Source: the human T2T-CHM13v2.0 reference genome, Homo sapiens
Reading direction: 5' to 3' (one strand)
Assembly (NCBI RefSeq): GCF_009914755.1
Contig: NC_060945.1
DNA: 64,000 bases
Below the pieces are notes generated by a model. It searched no databases. It was not told the origin of the DNA and saw only the letters and a list, made by a program, of their open reading frames with translations. How positions within the stretch are numbered: the first letter of the stretch is position 1; each line of letters opens with the position of its first letter. Both the position numbers and the translations under genes were made by a program. Shown piece after piece: positions 52,676 to 62,940 of this stretch.

Positions 52676-53192
52676 GCTGGTACCAAGGGCAGAGGACGTG
52701 GTGAGGTGTGGAGGAGGCCTCATTGCCGCTGGTACCAAGGGCAGAGGACATGGTGAGGTGTGGAGGAGGCCTCGTTGCCGCGGGTGCCAAGGGCAGAGGA
52801 TGTGGTGAGGTGTGGAGGCCTCATTGCTGCGGGTGCCAAGGGCAGAGGACGTGGTGAGGTGTGGAGGAGGCCTCATTGCCGCGGGTGCCAAGGGCAGAGG
52901 ACGTGGTGAGGTGTGGAGGCCTCATTGCCGCGGGTGCCAAGGGCAGAGGATGTGGTGAGGTGTGGAGGCCTCATTGCTGCGGGTGCCAAGGGCAGAGGAT
53001 GTGGTGAGGTGTGGAGGAGGCCTCATTGCCGCGGGTGCCAAGGGCAGAGGACGTGGTAAGGTGTGGAGGAGGCCTCATTGCCTCTGGTACCAAGGGCAGA
53101 GGACGTGGTGAGGTGTGGAGGAGGCCTCATTGCCGCTGGTACCAAGGGCAGAGGACGTGGTGAGGTGTGGAGGAGGCCTCATTGCCGCTGGG
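52676..53192. repeat. Minisatellite, 49/52-bp unit x10
   Basis: ccaagggcagagga at 52683, 52735, 52787, 52836, 52888, 52937, 52986, 53038, 53090 and 53142. Confidence 0.96.
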
Positions 53193-55232
53193 CAAGGGTG
53201 GGAGCTCTGGGGCCCTGGAGGCCTGTGCAGAAACCTCCCTGCTCAGAGGAGGGGGCTCCCTCATTACTGACCCCGCATTGCCTCCACTGACACCAGGGGG
53301 CAAGGACTCACCACCTGTGGAGATGAGAGCCTCTGTCCCTGCTCAGCCTGCTCTGAAGCCACCCCCGCATGGGGTTCGGGAGCCTCTTGACAGCCTGGTG
53401 AGGGCGGAGGTCTAGGCTCTGTACGCGGCCTTTGCTGCGTGGGTGGGGAAGGGCACCGTGTCCTCCGTGGTGCCTGGTGGAATAAAGGAGCTGCTGCTCA
53501 ACATTTCCAGCCTCACTGTGCTGTCCCTTCACTGACCCTTCGGCTGCAGAAAGCAGACTTTTGTTGAGGCCCTTTTCTTGTCTGTGCCTGTTGGCATTTC
53601 CGGCTTGCCAGCTTTTCCACTTCCAAGTCTGAGAGACATAGAGAAAGCCCAGGGGTTCACCACCACGCTGTTCCCTGTGTGCCCTGGTCCCTGGCTAGTC
53701 TGCCTTTCCTACGCATTTCAGTCTTCTTGTGTTTGTTGTGGATACAATATCCAGGCTGTTTTGTTGTTTTTAGCAGGAAGGATTGGGAAGCACTGTGTGC
53801 TCCATTTCCCAGAAGCAGCAGCCTTGCCACTCCTTTTGTGCATGTGGCATCTGAGAGCACAGATGCCGGAGCTGCTGGGGCTGCGCCAGCTTTGCCCTGC
53901 TCAGCTGCGTCACCAGAGCAGGCCCTCCAGCCTCTCCAGCATCAGTCCTTCCATCTGTAAGACAGGGTGATGGTGGCTCCACACCTCATTCAGTTGGAGG
54001 GACAAGTAAAGGCATCAGCAGACACCAGCTGCTGAGGACAGGCCCAGCCAGAAGCAGACAGGAGCTCTGTGGCATGGGGGACACTGTCACCAGTGGCCTC
54101 GTTCCCCAGCTGTGCACACGTTGGTGTTGGTTTCCACTGGGCACCCAGGCAAACAGCGTCGCCATTCCGGGCACCTACTTTTTGAATGTCTGTGCCTTTT
54201 GTGGGAGAAGAGATTTCTGCAAACGTAATTTCTAGTTTAAAGTTGGCAAGCATTTTAGACTATTGGTGCATCCTGCCAGGTCGCCCTTTATAGAGGCTGC
54301 AACTACTACGCACTCCCTAAGCTTCCCGGAGAGCCCTGGCTTCGTGACGACCTCACTGTTGTCACAGCTGCTCTTATCAATAGATGTCTAGTACCAGCCC
54401 ACGGCGAAGAGAGACGAGCCAGACTCTGGAAGGTTGGGCCGCCTTTCCCTGACCTGCCCTTGCAGCTGTGCTTGCAGCTCTGTCCTCCGGGGATGGCCCT
54501 GCATCGCTGCTGACCCATGGGCATTTCCGGAGGGGGCTAACGGTTCTCAGGGTCTCTCCTCAGGAGCACTGGGGTCCTCACACTCTGCTGGGTACCTGTC
54601 CTGGCCGTGTACGAATCCCAGGGAGGCCGCACAGGGCAGGGGGGTCTGCCCTAGCTGAGCCCTGCTCTGAGCCGGGCCCTCCTCCTGCTCCTGCAGCTCT
54701 TGAGTGTCACCTGTTTCTGTTACTGTAATAATGACATCTCCTTTCTTGGGAAGGCACCTTGCTTACCTGTTTTTCTTCAAGGATAGCACAGAGCCTAAAG
54801 CTTAGTGACTGCCTAGGAAATATTTGTTAAAATAATCAAGTTATTAATTAATAACTGGCGTTACCTCCAGGGTGGATTTCAGTCTGCTCCTTGCATTTAT
54901 GGGTGCCCGCGGGTGGGAACCGGGGCTAGAGCAGCTCACCCTGCTCCTGTAGTCCCACCTCCCACGCCACAGCAGGGTGAACTGGCCCCTCACTCACCTG
55001 GGTCTCCCAGCCGGGGCCACCCACACGCCACCGCACACAGCACCTTCCCCACGGCAGATGCCTGCTCCGGGGCAGGGCCCTGCTCCACAGCGACACAGCA
55101 CGTGATACCACAGGCAGCTATCCTCCCGCCAGCCTCCTGTGTGCAGCTTCAGTGCTTTTAGACCCGCAATTGGAGCTGAATTCTTAAATCCCTGGTGGGT
55201 TTTGAGTGAAGCTGAAATGAATAAACATGTTC

Positions 55233-55490
55233 CACACGTGGACAGTATCTATACATGGAATGATTATAAAGTTTGCACATCAAATCACACGTGGACAGTA
55301 TCTACATGGAATGATTGTAAGGTTTCCACCTTAAACACACGTGGACAGTATCTATACATGGAACGATTATAAAGTTTGCACATTAAATCACACATGGACA
55401 GTATCTACATGGAATGATTGTAAGGTTTGCACATTAAACACACGTGGACAGTATCTATACATGGAATTATTAGAAAGTTTGCACATTAAA
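55233..55490. repeat. Minisatellite, alternating 53/50-bp units x5
   Basis: ggacagtatcta at 55240, 55293, 55343, 55396 and 55446. Confidence 0.95.
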
Positions 55491-56699
55491 TAGCCCTTGT
55501 ATGTTAGCTTCCTAAATACACCTTTATGGGCTCAATACCACTTTGCCATAAGCAAGTAAGTAAAGAAAGGAATCTTTCGTTCTGGCCCGTGCACTGTTGC
55601 ATGACTGGAGCTGTGTTGATGCCCTCATCCTGGGTCTGTTTCGTCTGTGGAGACAAAGAGCGATGTGTGTGGGAGTGGGGGTTCAGGCAGGAGCGCTCAC
55701 AGGGGCTTCAGAGACGGTGGAGTGGAGAGAGGAGCTGTTAAATGTAAGTGCCCCGAGCTGCCGTCAGCAGCTGCATGCGGGCCAGCAGCCTCTGATTTGC
55801 CTTCCTCCGACTGCAAAAGTCGTTAAATCACATCAAGCCTGGGGCCTGCTTAGAAGCTGTCAGGACCGTCTTCTCTACTGTTCCCCTGATGCCTCCATTG
55901 TGAAGACCCAGCCCAGCTCTGAATGCAGGGACAGCACCTGTGCTTCCTGGCAGATGCAGCTCAGAGCAGGAAACCTGGTCTCCACCTTGGGCAGACAGCA
56001 ACGGTGCAGGCAGTGTGGTTGCCTGGCACCCCTTCCTCCCCTCCTCATGGCCAGGGCCACGGCCAGCCTCCTCCTCCCTTCTTCTGCAGCCCGCCCTTGG
56101 GAAAGGATGCTGTGGAGTTAGAGGCGGGGAGCTTCAGGCCTGGCTGCGTCTTTCCCTAGCTTGGGGACCTTTGAACAATTCCCGAGTCTCCCTGCCATGG
56201 CTCTTGTGGCAGTACATTGCGGTGGCTACAGATGTTTGTTGCCGTGAGTGCTGCTCAGCCCTCACGTGCTTGTCCATCTGCCTGTGGCACTGGCATCCAG
56301 GGAACAGCTTTCAAGTACATGGAGATTTCACCTGCAGCTTCTGATCCCCCCAGATTCTCTCCAGTGTGACTTTAAGGAAAAGATACTTATGAAAACCAAA
56401 GGGAGCTTTTAGAAGTCAGCGTAGCTCCGAGACGGAGGCCTGTTTCTGCTCTGTCTTGGAGCTGACAGTGGCTCCAGCCAATGACCCCATTCCTCCAGTA
56501 GCCCTCAGTAAGGAGTGCTGTGTCCCTGACCTCAGTACTTGGCCCACGCCAGGGGCTGGGACTGCATCTGTCACTGCCAGGGTGGGAGACGTGGCCTCGC
56601 AGCTGTCTAAGGGGCAGTTTCCAGCAGCTACTCTGCTGCGGGAGAGAATGGAGCAGACAGGTCATGAGGCCAGCATGAGAGCATGGGGAGGGGTTCTGC

Positions 56700-58190
56700 C
56701 TGGCCACACCCTGCAACTAGACAACACTGCACGCCCGCTGGGCAGCACAGAAAAGGCTGAACAGACCAGCTGTTGGCGGGGCCGTGGAGGAGCTGCAGCT
56801 CTGTGCGCAGCTGAGGGAAATGTGGATAACAGAACCTGGAACTCGGTGCACTTAGGGGGATGTGGATAATACAACCTGAAACCCTGCGCTGCTGAGGGGA
56901 ATGTAGATAATAGAACCTGGAACTCTGTGCACTGCTCAGGGGAATGTGGATAATAGAACCTGGAACTCTGCACAGCTGAGGGGAATGTAGATAATAGAAC
57001 CTGGAACTCTGCACTGCTGAGGGGAATGTAGATAACAGAACCTGGAACTCCGCATTGCTGAGGGGAATGTAGATAATAGAACCTGGAACTCTGTGCACTG
57101 CTGAGGGGAATATAGATAATAGAACCTAGAACTCTGCATTGCTGAGGGGAATATAGATAATAGAACCTGGAACTCTGTGCACTGCTGAGGGGAAGGTAGA
57201 TAATAGAACCTGGAACTCTGTGCATTACTGATGGGAATGTAGATAATAGAACCTGGAACTCTGTGCGCTGCTGAGAGGAATGTAGATAATAGAACCTGGA
57301 ACTCTGCACTGCTGCAGGGAATGTAGATAATAGAACTTGGAACTCTGTGCACTGCTGAGGGGAATGTAGATAATAGAACCTGGAACTCTGTGCACTCCTG
57401 AGGGGAATGTAGATAATAGAACCTGGAACTCTGCACTGCTGAGGGGAATGGAGATAATAGAACCTGGAACTCTGTGCATTGCTGAGGGGAATGTAGATAA
57501 TAGAACCAGGAACTCTGCATTGCTGAGGGGAATGTAGATAATAGAACCTGGAACTTTGTTCACTGCTGAAGGGAATGTAGATAATAGAACCTGGAACTCT
57601 GTGCACTGCTGAGGGGAATGTAGATAGTGGAACCGCCGTGCCGCGGTCTTGAACAGTTTCTTAGGAAGTTCCACGTGCTGCTTCCGCAGGATCCAACCGT
57701 TGTGCTCCTAGGTGGTACCTGCAGGAAATGGAAGTGCTTCCATGAGAAGAACTGTGCACAAATGTCTAAAGCAGCTTTACTCGTGTATCCCGCCTTGCAT
57801 ACAGCTCGAATGTTCTTCACTGGTTGAGTGGAAGAGCCAGTGGTGGTTTTTTCCCACGGTGGAATTCTAAACAGAAAAGAACTGTTTATATGCTCAGCAG
57901 CGTGGATACATCTTCTATAAATACTAAGAGAAGCCAGACACAAAAGAATACTTACGACATGATTCCCTTTGTGTCGACTTCTGAAAGTCCAGGAGTCTAT
58001 AGTGACCGCAAGTGGGCACCTGTCGGCGGGCAGTGGCGGGTGGAGTGGGAGCACGGACCACAGGGGACCAAGGACTGCAGGTTCCTGTGAGCCACTGTGG
58101 GACACCCCAGGGGTATACACGGGCAAGATTGTCACACTGTAGACTTGAAGTATGTGCAGCCTATTAACCATCAATGATACCTTTAAAAGG
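56700..58190 (+). mobile_element. Ancient L1 (L1ME/MD-like) 3' end hosting the 41/43-bp VNTR
   Basis: aaatgtctaaagcagctttactc, agaagccagacacaaaagaatacttacgacatgattcc, ctgtagacttgaagtatgtgcag. Confidence 0.7.
56800..57630. repeat. Minisatellite, 41/43-bp unit x~20
   Basis: Unit gctgaggggaatgtagataatagaacctggaactct(gt)gcact. Confidence 0.96.
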
Positions 58191-58431
58191 CCATGACACC
58201 ACATTACACACGCAAGGTTAAACGGTGAGTCGGTCTGTGCCACTGCACGGGGCCATCAGAGCTCTCTCTGAGCGCCTCCTCCCCTGGCCCGGCCCCTTCT
58301 CCTGCACAGCCCCGGGGCCTCTGCGCCCCTTTGACCTCAGCCTCCTGGGCTGTCTCAATTGCCCTGTGCCTGTCACCCAGTGGGAGCAGCCCCTGAGTCA
58401 GGACGTCCACACAGCCTGCCTTCCACAGAGC

Positions 58432-58860
58432 ACCACCGGCCTAAAATCACCACAGGGTCAGAATCTAATGTAAGGGGGGTTTATTCAAAGGCAGCTGGAG
58501 GCTGGCCCACCCGGAAACACCAGCTCCAGAGAAATGGAGTCCGCCCTCGGGAGTAGGGAGGGGAAGGGTGCCCTCGGGCAGGCAGAGGCGGAGGCTTTTA
58601 GCAGGACCACGGTGTCCTTCCCACGAGGTGGGCGCTGTCACAGCGTTTGATGGGTGACAGACAGTGCCTGCTTCAGGGAAGGGTGCATTTAACCTGTCAG
58701 AGGGTGCGGCAGTCACCGTTTCCTGTCTTCTGGTCCTTGCTTATCAGGACAAAGGGGAAGTTCCTCTACAAGGGTCATGAACTAAGAAGGCAGGAGGTTT
58801 CTGCCCCTGGCATTGGTTAATTCCCTCCAGTCATCGTGCAGAACAAGGAAACAGAGTGCA
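58432..58860 (-). mobile_element. Old ERV1 (MER31/MER67-like) LTR
   Basis: agggtcagaatctaatgtaaggggggtttattcaa...ggcccacccggaaacaccagctccagagaaatggagtc; subfamily uncertain. Confidence 0.45.
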
Positions 58861-58902
58861 TTAGTCCCTGGCCTGAGAAAGGGGAGCTGCAAGTGCACGT
58901 GA

Positions 58903-59025
58903 GGGGCGCAGTCCCGTCTCTGACGGGGCGTGGGGGGCGCGGTCCCGTCTCTGACGGGGCGTGGGGGGGGGGGCGGTCCCGTCTCTCACGGGGCGTGGGG
59001 GGCGCGGTCCCGTCTCTCGTGGGGC
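58903..59025. repeat. GC-rich minisatellite, 31-34-bp unit x4
   Basis: tcccgtctct at 58912, 58943, 58977 and 59008. Confidence 0.9.
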
Positions 59026-59426
59026 TTCATGTACCAGACCATGTTCATGTTCACACCTGGGAGGAGGGGAAGCAGGCATGGTCTGTGCGGCAGGTCCAGC
59101 CAACCCACAGGGCCTTGGATGAGTCTCTGCAGCTGAGGCTGGCACTGCCAGGGCTGACCCCAAGGCTGTGGCTAAATTGGGCTCCCAGCACTGGCCCTGT
59201 GTCCTCCGTGAGGAGATCTGCACCCCAGGTCTATGCATGGACTGTCCCCACCCCCAGGCCCCAAGCTCAGCTCCCTTCAACCTGTGTGTCCTCAGGGCAC
59301 CTTCACTCCATCCACCTGGGTCTCCCCATCTTAGTGACCGTCTCCACTGTGGGTGCCAGGACCCTCTCTACTTCCATAGCTATGCGTCAGGGCCACTGTG
59401 TGAGCTGGAAATCAGCGCAGGGAACT

Positions 59427-59497
59427 CTGGAGAGGGGAGGGAGTCCTGGGGAGGGGAGGGAGTGCTGGAGAGGGGAGGGAGTCCTGGAGAGGGGAGC
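59427..59497. repeat. Purine-rich 19-bp tandem repeat x~4
   Basis: ctggagaggggagggagt(c/g) repeated. Confidence 0.85.
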
Positions 59498-60486
59498 CGA
59501 TATTAACAGGGAAGCCCCATGAGGAGGGACCATGATGGAGCGAGGACTGAGTGCAGGAAGGAGGGTGTTCTAGGCCCGGGCAGAGAGGGGAGTCTCTAGG
59601 GAGGAGAAGTGCCGGGGGCTTTTACCCTCAGGGCCTATGGCAGTTGTGGGGTGATGGATGAGGCCTTAGACTAAACTCTGAGAGAATGGGATGTGGAGAG
59701 TTGTCTTGAGCAGGGAGGGAGTGGGGAGGAGGGAGGGGGCTCTGTGTTGCTGGTTGGAGGCATCCCTGGCACCTGTCACAGCAGGGGCTGGAGGGTGGGG
59801 CAGGAGCTGGGGGCAGTGGGGGTGGAAGAGGATGCAGAAAAGCTCAGATTGTGCCTCACATGGTGGGTGGGGCTGCTGGGCTTGTTAATGCATGGGATGG
59901 GGTGGGTCAGGAGTCGTGCTGGTCACATATGTCAGATGTGGGTGTCTGAAATCCCCGTGGCCACAGCTGTAGGCTGCATCCCCTGGGAGCTGGGGTGCAG
60001 AGTGTGTTCTGGCCTGAGGCACATCTGCAGATGGTGGTCCACAGACCCCCTGGGCAAGTGCAGACAGTGGGGAGGAGGTGGGGGCCCCGGGTACAGACGG
60101 GGGGCAGGGGGAGGCAGGAGGGGACCCTGGGTATAGACAGGAAGGGAGGCAGGTGAGGGCCCCGGGTGCAGACGGGGGGTGGGGATGAGGTGGGTGGGGA
60201 CCCAGGCCCTCACGGATGACTGTGCCTGTCTCTTCTCCCTGTCCCATTGCATGGGCTAAAATGTGCTAAATCTCCAGCACTGGACGGGACAGAGGGAGGG
60301 ACCTGGATGGACCAGAGCTCTGCCTGTTTCTGGAACACAGTGTGGGGAGGGGCGGGCAAGCCTCAGAACGGGCTCCATTCTGAGAAACGGCCAGTCCCAT
60401 GGGGCCTTGGATGCCAGTGGTCCGAGCATGGGCTGCTGCAGGCTCTACTTCAGCCCTTCATTTCCTGGTAGCCACTGAGCTGCCCC

Positions 60487-60583
60487 ATGGACACTGGGCA
60501 GATGGCCAGTGTTAGCTGGGAAGGACAGCAGCAGCCGCAGAGGTGGCAGCAAGGCCAGGGCACTTTGCAGACGGCATGGACGG
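60487..60583 (+). CDS. Candidate alternative first coding exon of PCBP3 (MDTGQMASVSWEGQQQPQRWQQGQGTLQTAWT-G)
   Basis: ATG at 60487 (cccATGG), 97 nt open to donor-like CGG|GTAGGT (GT 60584-60585). Phase 1 fits the 62774 acceptor in frame. No transcript evidence is available here. Confidence 0.4.
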
Positions 60584-62773
60584 GTAGGTGCCTAGGGAGA
60601 GCCAGAGAGTGGTTGATGCCTCGTCCACCCTGGCCTTCCGAGTGGTCTGCAGCTCTGGGAGCTGCTGACTGGAGCAGGGTAGGTCCTCTGGGGCTCTGGG
60701 CACTGAGTCCCAGGTGACCCGCACGGCACAGGATGGCCTCTCACTCATGCTGCCCTTGCAGTGAAGAGAGGCACAGGCTGCAGCTCGCTGGCCTGTGTGA
60801 CTGATAGAGGCTGACAGCCTGGAGCCCCAAGCACCCCTGGCAGGAGCTGACCCACTTTCCCTTCCCTGGGCTGGAAACCTTGACATAACAGATGGCTGCA
60901 GGGCCCTGCTGTCCCTCTGATGGGGAGGAGAGTTTTTAATTAAAAGGGAGGCACAGAGCTCCAGACCAGCCACACCGAGATGCAGTCCATGTGTGCGGGT
61001 CCGTCGGCACCCACAGGTGAAAGGGTACAGCCAGGCTTATCTCAGGGTGCCCATGTGCACACAGAGGTGCTTCTCAGGGGCCACGCCATGCATTTGAACT
61101 GATACTCTGCTCTCCTTTCTGAGATCTGTCTACACGAATGCACTACTTAGAATGAGTCACTGAAGCAATGGTGTGAGCTGTGCTGTCCAGCAGAGCTGTC
61201 CGCGGTGCCAGAAATGGCCTCTCTCTGTGCTTTTCCCCCAGTAGCTGCCGCCGCCCACACGAGGCTGTTTGGCACTTTAAATGTGCTTGTGGATGTTTAG
61301 TTTTAAACTGAAAAAGGCACATGTGGCTGTCCTGCTGCACAGTGCAGCGAGAGCATTCTTATGCAAGGGTGATCTTCGGAGCCCTTTGTGCTACGTGAAG
61401 TCCTCCTTAAATGCAACGTGAAAATCCTTGTCCTTCAAAGTGTCATTTTATTACAAATAATAATGTAATAAAATTACAAATTAATACAAATACTATTACA
61501 GATAACAATTTGTAATAAAATTACAATAATTTTGTGATAGTCTGAGTGTGTTGATGAAGTGACCTATACATGTGTTTTTAAGCACAGGTGTAGACAGCGT
61601 AAGCGCGGGTGTAGACAGCGTGTCACTTTGTCAGTGCAGAGGTGCATCCCTGGCTGTGGCTCCCGTCCACCCCCTGACACCTGTGGCTGCTCTTTGTAGA
61701 TCCTCCTTACACACCACAAAGGCAGTTGGAACGGGCTTTACGTCTGTGTTATCTTTGTGTTTTTCTTTTAGCATATTCTTTTAACAGAACTATTTTATTG
61801 AGAAAAAAGCCCTCTGCCCTGACTTTTAACCCATAGCCGCCTCTTCTGTGTGAACCGGTTGAATCAAAGGGCAGTGTCCAGGCAGCTCGATTATGGTGGG
61901 GGGTGCAGCTTCACAGGTTTCTGTTCCTGGTGGGTTTTACGAGCCAGCCCCCTCGGTGAGGTGTTGCCCTTCAGGGAAGGACTCGGGATGAGGCTGACTC
62001 TGCAGAGCCCAGTACCTCGGAGCAGGGTCCCCACCGTGCCACACAAAGTCACCCTGACTGTTGCACGAGTCCCTCACTTCCACTACCATCATTCTTTGCT
62101 GGTCAGTCATAAAATGAGGCCTTAATTTTGCCCAGTGGGCTCCGTCAACTCACTGAATGATGGCACACAGTAGTGACACGATGACTGCAGACAGCACTGT
62201 GTGCTTGGAAGGCACTTGCCGAGAACTGCCAAGGACACCAGCCGTTTGGCAGCTTGGTTGATGGAGACTAAGTCATATGAGAGCATGAGGGGATGAGGAT
62301 GGCAGGCTTGGGACGTGAAGGGCCGGCTCCCACACCCTGGTCAGGGGACTCTGGCACCCCGTGACTGTGTGTTGAGGCCACAGCAGAAGCAGGGGGCAAA
62401 GCCCCAGGGCGCTGGGCCTGTGAGCTGCAAGTCCCCTGGGCCTCACAGGGGTAGCTCCTGCCAGTCTCCGGCTGCTGAGAGAGGTGCTTCCGTGACCCTG
62501 GGCAGATGCAGACCTCGGCCAGGGGCTGCGGTGGCCTGCCCAGCGTCAGGAGGGAGGCAGCCGTGGGGCCTCCCTGGAGACCTCTCCCAAGGCCCTCCCC
62601 TGAACTCCCGTGCACCCTGTGCCCAGCAGGCGAGGCCTGGTCAGCACATGGTGGGTGGGCAACCCCATTCTCCTGCCACCCGGGAGGCCGGAGTGGGAGC
62701 GGCCCAGGACACCCCTGGATGTGCGTGGTCCGTGAGACTCTTCTCTAGCAGCAGCTGTGCCTTCTCTCTCCAG

Positions 62774-62928
62774 GTGACGCCTTCTGGGCCCCATCTGTCC
62801 TTCCTCACAGCACCCTCAGCACCTTAAGCCACCACCCTCAGCCACAATTTGGCAGAAGGATGGAGTCCAAGGTCTCAGAAGGTGGCCTGAATGTGACCCT
62901 CACCATCCGCCTGCTGATGCATGGAAAG
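62774..62928 (+). CDS. PCBP3: PCBP3 coding exon (155 nt), N-terminal extension plus start of KH domain 1
   Basis: Acceptor cttctctctccag|G and donor AAG|GTAAGA. Translates (G)DAFWAPSVLPHSTLSTLSHHPQPQFGRRMESKVSEGGLNVTLTIRLLMHGK; GLNVTLTIRLLMHGK is the conserved PCBP/hnRNP E KH1 start. 10+155=165 nt = 55 codons. Confidence 0.97.
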
Positions 62929-62940
62929 GTAAGAGGAGCC

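Noticed and set aside
56628-57674. Minus-strand ORFs up to 314 aa
   Set aside because: Translation of the 41/43-bp VNTR.
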